64,000 bases of DNA from Emiliania huxleyi CCMP1516 (GCF_000372725.1 NW_005201259.1:221015-285014), one strand, 5' to 3'; positions 23,896 to 39,214 are shown, counted from the first letter of the stretch. Notes: generated by a model from the letters alone, not told the origin. Numbers and translations are program-made.

Positions 23896-24562
23896 TTTTG
23901 CTTGGCCCTGAAATTTAAAAAACCTTGCCGGCCATGGGAAACTAAAAAAGAAATCACCCGAGCGGTGAAGGTGAGGTACTATACCAACTAAAGTGATGGC
24001 TGGTGGTACTATCCTGCAACCACAGTCCTTCTTGCAGATTTTTTTTGTTTTGTTTCCTTCCTGTGACATGTCACATGACAGGCCACTCTCAAGCCCTACA
24101 AGCACCAGATCAACGACTTGGAGTGTTGACATCGTGATTTCCGCGGAAAATTTCTTTTTCTGCTGTGAAATTTCCGGCGTGAAGAGAGGGGAAAACCCGA
24201 CGGGAGGGCCCAGATGGTACGTTGTGCTGCCAAGGTCTAGGTCTCCGGTGGTACGTTGTGCTGCCAAGGTGCGATCGATCGAGAGAGAGTGTGTTTGTTT
24301 TGTTGCGATCGATGACTGCAAGGACCAAGGTGTTAGCTCCCCGGCCCTGGGTGTGATGTTACCAACCACAACTGCACTCCAAGTGCTCCAGGTCTTCTTG
24401 GATTGATGGGAAGGCGAAACACAGTCCGACCAACGACTGGGACACCAACGCGGTATGGGTGGACGCAAGACCGAAGACGGGCGGTGAAGTCTTCTTTGGA
24501 GGCGTCGGACAGCGTGAACCGACGCGAGGGTCGGTCGGCTCCTAACTAACTAGCTGTATATA

Positions 24563-25031
24563 ATTAATGCTTTTTGCACGGCTGAGCCCCCCCCCCCCCC
24601 CTCCCCCGCGCCCATTCCCTGCCCTCTCCCGCCACACACTCCGTCAGAGCCCCCTCCCCTCTCGCACAACAGGAATTCTGACAATTATCCAGTTGCAACA
24701 TTCAAATCAATGGGCTCGCCCATACCGGAGTGGTTCGACTCCACGCAAACCCGGAGTGGTGAGGGGCTGGTCGTGCGGTGTTCTCAGGCCCAGTAAGGTA
24801 GTGCATCCGACGGTCCGGATCCTGCTGAACAAAGCTCCTCTTGTAGCTCGATCGGTCACACCGCCATCGCCGTCGGGGAGAGGGGGGACGACACTGCTTT
24901 GGCAGCGTGCACCTCGATCCTGTACCGTGTTTGTTATGACCCCCCCCAATGAACACACCAGTGAGGGTGGGCGAGACGATCGAGGGGTCCCGTACCATGC
25001 GGAACCGACCCTATCCAGTGCTCAAGTGCTC
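24563..25031 (+). mobile_element. Non-LTR retroposon (SINE or LINE 3' end), longest copy
   Basis: Ends ccagtgctcaagtgctc; 11-bp TSD AGCTGTATATA at 24552-24562 and 25032-25042; internal B-box-like GTGGTTCGACTCCAC at ~24730. Confidence 0.8.
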
Positions 25032-25321
25032 AGCTGTATATAGTCACTAGCTAGAGCTCACACTAGAGGCCGTCATCGCATTCGCCTTCCTGGTACCTAC
25101 CCAGCGCTGGCTTCTGACTGTCGTTGCTGTCTCTCCCTTCTCGACTGTCTGTGCTTGCTTGTGCGTCTTGGGTCCGGGGTTGTGTTTTTGTGTGAACAGA
25201 ATGTTCAATCTCAATGTCCAACCCCCCTGCGCGCGGGCCTTCTAGGCCCGCGGGTAGTCTCCCCCCATCCCCAGGGCCCCAGGCATACGACGTATTTTCT
25301 TGTCAATAACAAGTTCTGTGA

Positions 25322-25381
25322 CACGATCGAGGGGTCCCGTACCATGCGGAACCGACCCTATCCAGTGCTCAAGTGCTCAAG
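25322..25381 (+). mobile_element. Severely 5'-truncated copy of the same retroposon
   Basis: cgatcgaggggtcccgtaccatgcggaaccgaccctatccagtgctcaagtgctcaag flanked by TCTGTGA at 25315-25321 and 25382-25388. Confidence 0.75.
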
Positions 25382-25557
25382 TCTGTGAACATCCCCAGGG
25401 CCTCCAGGGCTCGCACCTCAACCTCTCACAGGCCAGCGCACAGCGCCATAGGACGTATTTTCTTCTCAATAACAAGGCTGTGAAGCGGGGTACCCCAACC
25501 TCACTCCACACCACCACCATCGGCGCTCGCACGCTCCTCTGCTCGGCCGCTGGACGC

Positions 25558-28389
<2,832 letters not shown>

Positions 28390-28842
28390 GCAGCAGCAAC
28401 CGCAGTTCCCGCGCAGCCAATTAACTAAGGCTCGACGGCACACAGCATGTGCATGGCGTCGTCTCTCGCGAGGAATATACTACCGCGTTACTCTCATCGT
28501 ATAAGCTAAAGCCGTAACCCCTATTGCTTATCGTACGGACAGGTCGGACTCGGAGCTCGGACGTCGGAGGCGGCGCGCGCACGGGGCGCAGTCCGCAGAG
28601 TCTATCTGATTCTCAGTCTGCCCGCGAGATCCGAGAACCGATGACTCGGTTCTCGCAAAATAAGTCGCGTCGTTTTATATCCGTGTGGTTACTGAGGAAA
28701 GATCGACGAGATCAATGCGATGCAGGCATGGGATGGCACCTGAGACGCGGTTTCAGAGCTCGCCCCACTAGCCGCGAGTCGTGAGACGAATAAAACTCGA
28801 GCATCGGCCCGGACTCATGAGTCATGTCCACATTCGGACGCG

Positions 28843-31800
28843 CTACTCGGACGGCTGGATTACGCGCAGCTTGTCGGCGATGAAATCGTGCATATGCTGC
28901 GGCAGCGACTCGGCAAGCAGACGGTGGTATATCTCGGCGGCGATCGATGCGTTGCCCATCTTGACGTACATGTTTGCCTTTGGGGAGGGAAGCGGGCGGC
29001 TCCGGTAAAGAGCTCGGCGAGTCGCCATCTCTTTCTCTCGCCCGCGCTGCAGTCCCTTGGGTGCGTCTCTCGCGCGAGATCGCGGCGCCAACACACTCGC
29101 GGCTACTCCTCGCGCTACTCCTCGCCGTGGAGACGAGAGTCGCGGGCTTTGGCAGCAGCAAGTAGGCGCGCTCAAAGCTGGTGCACGCGGACTGGTAGTC
29201 CTTCGCGTCGTTGGCGCGCCGCGCCGCCTCGAAGTGGGCCTGCGCCTTGTCGACGTCGGCCTGTGAGACGCTGCCGCGATTGGCGCGCGAGATGAGCCGG
29301 TCGACGTAGCGGGCCGTGTTTGTGCTCCCAGCCGCAGAGCTGCTGCTCACCTACTCGCAGCCGCGCCGCGCTGAAGGCCGCCGCACGTCGCGCCATCGCC
29401 CTGCGGCGGACCGCGCTCGCCATCGACGACGGGGTCGCCGGCCGCGAGGCGCCGCGAGAGGGGATGGCGGATGAGCTCTGCGAGTGGCCCGTCGCCGGCT
29501 GCGGCGGCTGCGGCGGCTGCGGCGGCTGCGGCGGCGGCTGCTGGCGGGTGGGTGGCTGCAGGCGGGAAGGGTGCTCGACGTGCTTGAGGGGCGAGGGCGG
29601 GCGAGGGGCGGCGGCGGCGGGCGGCGGCGACGAAGGCGCGGCGGCCGCGCTGCCGCTGCGGGCCACTGCGGCGGCGGCGGAAGCGGAGGGAGCGGCCCGC
29701 GGCATGACGGGGCGGGCTGCGCTGGCGCGAGAGCTCGCAGAGCTGTGCCGCGCCGCCGCTGTCCCTCCCTCGGCCGCCACTCTCTCGGCCGCCGCTGCCG
29801 CGCCAGCCTCGCCATGCCGCGCGCCCGCCGCCTACAGCAAAGGGGCGCGGCTGACGGGCGCCGCATCTCGGCCGCATCTCGGCCGCATCTCGGCCGCATC
29901 TCGGCCGCATCTCGGCCGCATCTCGGCCGCATCTCGGCCGCATCTCGGCTGCATCTCGGCTGCATCTCGGCCGCATCTCGGCCGCATCTCGGCTGCATCT
30001 CGGCTGCATCTCGGCTACATCTCGCCGCCGAGGCTGCCTCCCGCGCGGAGTAGAAGCCCGTCGACTTGCGCATCTGCGCCAGGTCGGCCTAGCGCCCGGA
30101 GACACGAACCGTCACGCGAGGGCGTCGCGCGCGAGCGTCGCGAGGGGCGGAGGCACGGCGAGGGCGGGGGCAGGGCGGAAGGCGGCGACGCGGCCGTCGC
30201 GGCGTGCGTAGGGGTGAGACGGCGGGGGCAGGGCGAGGGGCAGGGCGAAGCCTTCGGAGGTCGGGGCTGAGAGAGCGAGGTGTCGCGGCGGAGTGTCGGG
30301 GCTAGAAGCGGCCACCTGAAGCTGCGAGCTGCTCTGTAGCGCGGCGGCGAGGCGCCCCTCTGCCTCCGCCAAGAGCCTCTCCGCCTCAGCCCGGCGGGAG
30401 GCAGCCTCGTCGGCGCGACAGACCTGCATTGTGAGTACGCCAGAGGGGGTGGGTGCGGTCCTGTGTGGAGTGTATTGCGTGGAACACAAGAGCTGCGGAT
30501 GCAGTGAGTGCAGTTGGAGTGCAGTTGGAGTGCAGTTGGAGACCATGCTCCGCATCTCGAGGCTGCAGTATTGTATCTTCCAGAGGCTGCAGACCTCGTC
30601 GCGCAGTGCTTCGGAGAGCTGACGTAGCATCGCCTGCAGAGGTGCAGCCGAGGTGCAGCCGAGGTGCAGCCGAGGTGCAGCCGAGGTGCAGCCGAGGTGC
30701 AGTCGAGGTGCAGCCGAGGTGCAGCCGAGGTGCAGCCGAGGTGCAGCCGAAGTGCAGCCGAGGTGCAGCCGAAGTGCAGTCGAGGTGCAGCCGAGGTGCA
30801 GCCGAGGTGCAGCCGAGGTGCAGCCGAAGTGCAGCCGAGGTGCAGCCGAGGTGCAGTCGAGGTGCAGCCGAGGTGCAGCCGAGGTGCAGCCGAGGTGCAG
30901 CCGAAGTGCAGCCGAGGTGCAGCCGAAGTGCAGCCGAGGTGCAGCCGAAGTGCACCGCACCTCCAGCGACGCCTCTCTCTCTCTGTGCCGCTCGACGAGG
31001 CCGCGCCGCTCCGCGCGCAGCTCCTCCATCTCCGCCTGCAGCAGCTCGCTCGCCGCATCCTCTCGGCTCCTCTCGGCTCCTCTCGGCTCCTCTCGGCTCC
31101 TCTCGCGGGCCCCTCCCCTCCTCTCCGCCTGCACCGCCTCTGCCTCTGCAGACAGAGTACCGAGCGCCCGCCGATGCTCCTCGCGCTGCCGCGCCGCCGT
31201 CGCCTCCGCCGCCTCGCGCTGCTGCTGCTGCTGCCGCTGCTGCAGCAGGTGCACCTACACACTCCGGTCACCTCTGGTCATCTCTGGTCACCTCTGCTCA
31301 TCTCGAGCGATCACGAGTGATGTCGGGCCATCCGTGAGTGCGGCTTCGCCTGCGACTGCTGCTGCACAGCTACCTGCCGCCACACCTCCGCCTCCTGCAC
31401 CGCCCGCTCCTGGAGCGCCTCCTGCTGCCCCCCTCCCCCACCGCCTCCTCTCCCACCGCCTCCTCCCCCACCGCCGCCTCCTCCGCCTCCCCCACCTCCT
31501 CCGCCTCCCCGGCTCTGCTTTGCCGCGAGGCTCAGCACAGACTCGACCAGCGCTGTGAGCAGCTCTCCCAGCGCCGGCTGCTCCTCTACAGCCGAGGGAA
31601 GCGCGGCCTCCAGCCTCGACCGAAGCCGCGCCGTCGCCGGCGGAGGAGGCGGCGGGGCACCGTCCTCCTCACCAGCCTCCTCACCAGCCTCCTCGCGGGC
31701 GGCGGCGGCGGCGGCGGCGGCGAGAGGGGCGGGCGGCGGCGAATACGAGGCGAGGAGCGGGCCCGCAGCGGACGGGTCGGGCTCCATGGAGAGGGAGCGC

Positions 31801-32348
31801 ACGTGGCGGGAGCTCGACCGGAGCCAGTCCGGGGTCGCCGCGCCGCCTCCCGGGGTCTCTGCCGCGAGGGCGCGCGGGAGGCGAGGCGGGGTGGCAGCCA
31901 GCGATGGCAGCGGCGCGCCATGGCCGTTGGCGGGGCCAGGCGGCGCTCCGCCGCCCTCATCCTCGTCGGAGAGAGAGGGCGGCGTCGTCACCAGCGCCGC
32001 ATCGTCGCCACCCTCGCCGCCGCCCTCGAGCGCAGTCAGCCTCCGCGCCGCAGCCGACCGTTCCGCCTCGCTTCCGACGCCAGCGGCATGGATGGCGCGG
32101 TAGATTCCCACGGCGCACGCCACGTCGCCCATGTGCGTGCGCATCGAGGCGACGTTGAGCAACGTGGACACTCGCGGACGCAGCCGAAACGCCGCCTCAA
32201 ACTCAATGGCCGCTTCGGTGTGGGCACTCGACTGGTGGAGAGCGACGCCAGAGCGGTAGAGCTCTCCGGATCGGTCGGCAGTGGCCGCGTCGAGGACGGG
32301 CGGGGCCGACAGAAGAGAGACGAGCGACTCGCCCGACGAGGAAGCCAT
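28843..32348 (-). CDS. Hypothetical protein with N- and C-terminal TPR-like modules and a central coiled coil, multi-exon
   Basis: ELYRSGVALHQSSAHTEAAIEFEAAFRLRPRVSTLLNVASMRTHMGD and AHFEAARRANDAKDYQSACTSFERAYLLLPKPATLVST|ANMYVKMGN are similar helical repeats; introns are filled with 10-11-mers. Confidence 0.7.
29860..30023. repeat. 11-bp intronic tandem repeat (GCATCTCGGCY)n
   Basis: Seen directly. Confidence 0.95.
30638..30955. repeat. 11-bp intronic tandem repeat (GARGTGCAGCC)n
   Basis: Seen directly; about 28 units. Confidence 0.95.
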
Positions 32349-34026
32349 TTTTTGGAGCGACCGAGCGGGTTCACTTGCGTAAAGAAAGAAAACGTGCACA
32401 GCTGGGAATAGGACCGCCGCGAGCGGCGTGGCGTGGAGCGGTTGAGCATCCCTCCGGGGGCCCCTCTGCGCCGGGGAGGCGTTGTTGGAGGCTAGGACGC
32501 AAGCGTCCGTCGCCCTTTTCAAACTCGGGGCCCACTCCGCTACGCTCCGACCGACCCGAATTTGGAGGGCCTAAAAGTTTAAGGTGTTGCTGCGCAAAAG
32601 GGGTCGGACACAGGGCGCAGCTCATGCTAAGAGCTAGAAGGGGAGCTAGAGAGAACGACTACCCTGTCCCGTTTATTGCGTATACACCAACACCACAAAA
32701 GCTCTCTCTCTCCTGTCCTCACTCAGAGCACAGAGGGGGGTCACAACTACCGAGTCTCTCGACTAGCTGCCACGTTGCCGACCGAGAGCGGATCTCCTCC
32801 TGCTCCGCAAGGAGGGTGGCCAAGGCTAAAGTCTTGCCGGAGCCGCCGGGCGTGTTGACGACTTGGAGAAGGTCGCCCTTGTGCTTGTGCTTGTAGAGAT
32901 GCTCGAGGGGGTGCTTTGTGGGGCGGTGCGCAGCCAGGCCAGCAGAGCTCGTCGGAGGCTGCGTCACGACGGGAGGGTCGCGACAGCAGTCCTCGGGCGA
33001 GCCGACGCGCATGTCCAACCAGCGCTGGGACTCGTTGTGACGGCAGACGCCGGCTGCCTCTCCAACCGCTTCTGCAGCGTCCTTCTTTGCCCGGTGCATG
33101 GGCTCGATCCGATTCCGCAGCGTGTCGTCCCCAGCGGGCGGTGCTGCGCGGGAGGCGGCCGCGGGCACGCTGGGCTCGATCAGCTTTCCCTAGCACGGAT
33201 TTGGCGGACGTTCTTGGCTTCAATTTTACGAATGCTTGGCACCAGCTGAAGGCTTGCCCCCGTCCACGGCCCACATCACGCAGTTTCTGCACGGTATTCG
33301 GATTTTGCTATTTGTTCGTGTGGGGGTATATTGCAGATTTGTCAATGGTACCGCGTCTGCGACGCGGGCGCCTTGCGGGCAGAGCCCTTAGCCACCCTTC
33401 TTGCGCGGTCAAAAATGCTCCCAGATGACTGCTCTATTTATTTATTTATTTCCCAAAATCCACCTCTCTCCTTAAAATCCCTGTGTGGTGGCGGCGTGCC
33501 GTCCTCGCATCCCTCCTTTCCTTTGCTGTTTTCTTTCTTTCTCTTTGTACCAAGATCCTGCTCGTGCAGGTGGGGACCCTGTCCTCCTCCCATCCCTCGT
33601 TTGGCGTCTCCCGTTTTCTTTCTTTCTTTAGACAAGAACGACTGAAAAAAAGAGGATGTACCGTGGGTTGCGGGCATTAAGAAAACAGGATTCCGCAGCA
33701 CGCCGCCGTTTCTAAGCCTTTCCACACCCCTCACCCACCCCATGCCGTGGTTTCTTAGCTCCGGCCGCACTCAGGCCAGAGCCGGCCCTAAGGATTTTTA
33801 GGTAAGAAAGAGGTGAGCTGCGGTCCGGAGGGCGATGCCAGAGTCTGCCGCCGAGTCGGCTCTCTGGATGACGCAGGCGAAGAGAAATTTTGAGCTGGGG
33901 CTCCCGTTCACACTCGTGTCTGGCCTTTTCTCGGCACTCGGGGCCGCGCCTGCGGCGCGCCGTGGTTTCTTAGATTTTTGCGAAAATCGCGAGGGGTGGT
34001 TTCTTAATGGGACGTTTTCCGCTTAA

Positions 34027-34800
34027 GGTCATTCACGGGTGTCCGCGGCCCACTGTGCCCGCTGGCTGACGCTGGTAGGACAGTGACCGCCGCAAACCCT
34101 GTGATCAGCTCCATGCGATCTCGGATATTTTTTGTAGGCACCGTAACACCAAAAAACTAGTATGTCTTGCAGTGAAAAGTAATCCGAGCACGCCCGCGGC
34201 CGCAATGAATTAAAAGGGGCGGTTTTCGAGGGGGAATCTGGAGAATCTGGGAATCGGCTCACCACGGATCCCCACCTCATCGAGAAACTTTTCACTGCAA
34301 GACATACTAGTTTTTTAAGGTGCTCTACAACTTAGGCACAAAAGATATGGCATTTGAGGCCATTTAGGGCCCCTTAGACGGTCACTGAGTAGGCCAAAAT
34401 CCCCACTGGGCCGGGAGCAACCTTAAGGTCATTCACGGGTGTCCGCGGCCCACTGTGCCCGCTGGTAGGACAGTGATCGCCGCAAACCCTGTGGTCAGCT
34501 CGATATCATATCGGATATTTTTGTAGGCACCGGAACGCCAAAAAACTAGTATGTCTTCAAGGGAAAAGTAATCCGAGCAAACCCGCGGCTGATGGGGTTT
34601 TCGAGGGGAATCTGGAGAATCTGCACTGGGAATCTGCTCACCACGGATCCCCACCTCATCGAGAAACTTTTCACTCCAAGACATACTAGTTTTTCAAGGT
34701 GCTCTACAACTTAGGCACAAAAGATATGGCATTTGAGGCCATTTAGGATTTCTAGACGATCACTGAGTAGGCCAAAATCCCCACTGGGCCGGGAGCAACC
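34027..34800. repeat. Two head-to-tail ~400-bp units joined by TTAA (candidate MITE dimer or satellite)
   Basis: ggtcattcacgggtgtccgcgg starts at 34027 and 34427; both units end gggccgggagcaacc; unit 1 has a 30-bp perfect inverted repeat at 34151-34180 / 34287-34316. Confidence 0.9.
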
Positions 34801-35395
34801 TTTAGCCATTTGCACCGGTTAGTCAGCCGTAAAATGAGCTCCCTGGAATCTTGAACTATTTGTTCGCCCGCTCCGTTCTTCTCCGCAACGGGCACGAGCG
34901 CCTGGACGGTGTGCCGGTACGTGGGGCGCTGCGGCCTGGGTGCCTGCGCGACAGCATTGGAAGTCGTTTGGAACTTGACCCTTTTTAACCCCTGCTTCCC
35001 CGTCCATCCCCCCCCCCCGGTTCATTTATTTCGTCGCTGCGACCATGCGCGCAAGCGCGCGGCGCCGGGGCCGGGGCCGGTCGTGTGCTAATAGCCGGGC
35101 GGGGTGTTTGATCGGAACTCTGTCTCGGCTCTCGCCGCCACGTGTGCGGTGTGCCGCCGGCTCTGAGACCACGTGAGACTGTGAGAGCTAGGCTGGCCAA
35201 GAGAACAGCAGGACAAATCGCACACAACGGTGTTGAGATTCAAAAAAGTACCCGCCTTCAACTTTGACAGGGGGGCAGAGAGCCAGAGACTCTCGTTACA
35301 GTGCAACCCACCTCCACACAGGGAGCTAGCTGTGTGCGCGCGAGCGGTCGCGGCACAAAAAAAGGGAGTCAGGTCTCTATCACCGGGGCCCGAGC

Positions 35396-38300
35396 TCAGG
35401 CCTGCTGCCGCTCGAGCCTGCCGCCCGAGGTGAACTCGACGCTCTGCCGCTCCTCGTGGAGCTGCTGCGCAAACATCGGCTTGCCCCGCCTATTGGCAGT
35501 CGAGTGCCAGCGTGGAGACACGCCGCCGTCCACGCGCGAGCCGTACGGGCGTCGGAAAGGCGGCGCCGCTCCCTCGCCACCATGATGCACACGCACACGC
35601 CGAGACAGAGCAGGATGCAGAAACCTGCCACTGAGCCACCTGCCGCCGCCGCCGCCTCCGCGGTTGACACGTGCACGGTCAGCCCACCCTCCGGCGGGTG
35701 CACCTGCGGGGCAAAGGGTTGGGGGCGCTCAGCACGCTTCCTCTTTGGCCAAATCTCGGCGACACCTCCCACGGCTGCACCGTCACGCGCAGGGGACGGT
35801 AGGCGCTGCCCGCGGTTGCCTCCGAATAGAAGTCGCCGCCGAAATTGGCAACACTGAGCACGTACCGGCCAGATGGGGTCGTCCTGTTCACGTCGATGTG
35901 TTTCAGCACGGGGGCTCGTGTGGGCGCTGTGGTGTGGGGGGGGGGGGGGGGGGGCGTAACCGTGGCACGGCGCACGACACGCAGCTCTCGTTGTGAAAGT
36001 CGGCGGGCGCCAAGATGGGCTCCACACCGCGGTGCGTCCCGTCCGCCCCCGCCATGGTCGCGCCAGCCCTGACCGGCGTCAGCATGCACCGGAGCTCGGC
36101 AGAGGGCGCAAAGTCTGCGCCGCTGACGCGCACCGACGCGCCGGCGTGCACCGCGTCGCCTCCGCCTTCGATGGAGGCGGGCTGGGCGACGGGCGTACAG
36201 CGGCCAAAGTACTGGCCGCCCGCGCGGAGCACCCACTCCTGCCAGTCGGTGCCTATTTCAGTCATCGCGACCACTCCTCAAGCACCCGCGCGTCGGTCGG
36301 CGGCTCCTGCTCGGGACTGCGTGCGCCGCCCGGCTCGCAGAGCAGGTGGTTCTCGATCATCGTGATGTGCCAGCTGGAGGCGGCCTTGAGCCCGTGCGCG
36401 TCGTGCAGCATCCGGTAGACAGCGTCGGGCACGTTTCCCGAGAGCTCATTATGGTCGAGGTTGAGCGATGCGAAGGACTCCTGCGAGAGGTGTTGCGCAA
36501 AGCCGCGGATCTGCGGCCCAAAGGCGCCTGAGAAGCGGTTATGATCGAGGTACACGCGTTCGAGCGGCAGCGACGCGGGGAAGGTCGGGAGCGGCCCGCT
36601 GAAGCCGTTGAAGGAGAGGCGCAGCTCGCGCAACGAGCTCATCCCGTCCACGGCCCACTGCGGAAAGGGGCCGCTGAGGTGGTTCCGCTCGAGGGAGAGG
36701 CGCGTGAGGCGCTTGAGACAGTGCATTTCGCCAGGCAACCGGCCCGTGAGACCGGCATGGTCGGCGAGCAGCTCCTTCAGAGCCGTCGCCTCCTTGATTT
36801 CAGCGGGCAGCTCCGAGTTGAGAGAGAGGTAGTTGATCGCCAGCCGCTCCAGCCGCGGCGCGGCGACAAACAGGCAGCCCGGCAAGCCGACGGCGAATTC
36901 GTTCTGAGAGAGGTCGAGCTGGCGCAGCGGACTGTCGTCTGCGGGGCACGGGATGGGCCCCGAGAAGTGGTTGTGGGTCACGTCGAGCCGCTTGAGCACT
37001 GGCGACGAGAAGATGGCGGGCGGCAGCTGGCCGCTGAGCTGGTTGTTGGAGATGGCCAGCCTCTCAAGGGAGGTTAGGTCGGCGATCGAGCTGGGCAGCT
37101 CGCCGCGGAGGGCGAGGCCGTTGAGGTCGAGTTCGACGACGTTGCCGTTGTGATCACACGTAACGCCGGCGAGCTGCTGGCAGTCGCCTGCGCCGTCGAG
37201 CCCGGGCGGGCCTGGCAGTACGGCCGTCGGGTCGGAGGAGTTCGAGTCAAGCCGCGAGGCGAAGAGCCACTCGCAATAGGGGAGAGTGTCGTAGTTGCGC
37301 TCGTCGCCCGAGGTGTTGAAGCGCGCTTGGTGGGCGTACGTCTCGGCAGGGTCGAGGGTGTGCTCGAACGAGTAGCGGCCCGCCCGGTGGTGCTCACTCG
37401 TCCAGTGCCGGTTCACGTCCAGCGGTGGCTTGGAGAGGTCGAAGAGGGGAAGCTGCTCTTGCGATGGCTTGCAGGTGGACTCGTACAGCTCCCGCAGCGC
37501 CCGCAGCTGTGGCAGCGGAATACCGCCCCCTTCGGTGCGCTGCAGCACGGTAAAGGTGAGCTCCGCAGTCAGCACGCCTACAAATGACCAACCGGCAGCT
37601 GCCATAGCTAGTCGATCGGCGTAGACAAGCTACCGACACAGCTCACCGCTCTCGGCGTCGTCGTAGTCGTCTGCGAGCGAGCGGAGCGTGAGGTAGGCCC
37701 AGCCTTCGTTGATGGCCGGATCGGTCCCAACCACACAGTCGCGCGGGTAGAGGGCACCCTCGCCGCAGAACACGTTGGTCCCCTCCGAGGCGGTGTGGTA
37801 AAAGTCTCGGCCGTGGGTGTGGTCGGGCTCGAACGTGTAGACCGTCGCCGACTCGCGCGTGAAGTAGTTATATCTAGCGGCGAGGGTGGGGGCGAGGGCG
37901 AGGGCTAGGGTGAGGGCGAGGATGAGGGCGAGGGTGGGGGTGAGGGGAGGGGTATGGGGGTTTGGCCAGGGCTAGGGGGTTGTGGGTTTGGTCTGGGGTT
38001 GCCCGTTGTAGTCGGCGGAGAACTGGCCGTCGACGGTTGCCGAGACATAGTGTGGCACGACGTGCCAGTCGTAGAAGACGACGAACGGCTGGCTCGCCTC
38101 CCACTCGTACCTCAGCACCGCGCCGGCGGGAATCCATATCCGGCAATATGCAGACTCTCGCGCGTTGAGGGAGAGCGTGACGGGGCATCCGCTGGCGAGG
38201 GTGTTGATGCCACCAGCGCCGAAGAGCGGGATGTACTGACCCGTCTCATCCTGCGCCTCCGTCAGTCGGGGCAGCGCTTCGAAGTCGTCGCGCGGCACCA

Positions 38301-39154
38301 GCGCCTCCTTCCCTGGCCAGGCAGGGCAGGTTTCGTCGATCCTCGTCTTGGGAGGCGGCGGCGGTGCGGGACACGCGATGTGTCCCGGCGGCGGCGGGGT
38401 GTAGGGCGGATCGGGCGGCGACGGCGACGGCGGGGGCGGTTCAGGCGGCAGCGGCGGCGCGGCTGGAGGAGATATTGGCGGCGGTGGCGATGGGGCCGGC
38501 GGCGGCGGCGGCGGGGCGTCTGGCGGCGCGGGCGACGCCGGCGGGGCGTGCGGGGGCGGCGGTGGCTTGGGGTACAGAAAGCGATCGCCGCAGTCCGCGC
38601 AGTCCGAGCCGAGATCGCAAAACGACCAGAGGGAGCCTGCGACCAAGGCGCGTGGGGCGGGTTAATATGAAAAGCATACAATGCGCCACGCAGGTGGAGG
38701 ATCGCTCTTTCGCTCTCTTCTGAAGCGCGCCTTCGCCGCCATCGTCGCACTCGTTGTCGTACGGGTGACTGCATGTGTTGGTGCATACTGTCGCGCTGCT
38801 CTCACCGCCCACGTGGGCTGCCCCATCAGACTGCGAGGTGTTTCCATTGCCCGCACCCTCCTCTGACACGCACTGAGGAATGTCGCAGAGCTCCCACCGC
38901 ACGTCGGGCGAGACGGTGTAGCACCACGGCGCGGGCTCTCCATCAGGGTTGCGGCAGTAGTTGGACGGCAAGTCGTGGTGGTGTGTGTGTGTGTGAGGCG
39001 TATCTTCGGCCCACGGCTGGCAGGCGGTGCCGTTGGCGGTGACCGACACATTGCCGGTGTAGGTGGAGCCGTCTCCGACGTAGCAGTCACCCGCCTCATC
39101 AGCGAGTCGGCGTATGCCGTGCGCCCTGGCGGGCGCCAGCAACATGAGCAGCAT
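35396..39154 (-). CDS. Single-pass cell-surface protein: signal peptide, kringle, Cys-rich module, Pro-rich stalk, LRR domain, TM, short tail; multi-exon
   Basis: CYVGDGSTYTG...CQPW...NYCRNPDGEPAPWCYTVSPDVRWELCDIPQC (kringle); CTNTC...CDDGG...CDLGSDCADCG; plant-type LRRs LERLAISNNQLSGQLP; TM VAGFCILLCLGVCVCIMV followed by RERRR|GKPMF. Confidence 0.88.
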
Positions 39155-39214
39155 CTAAAATCCTGGCCCGCCAAACACCCACAACTCCCAACAACACGAC
39201 GGACGCTCGTGGGA

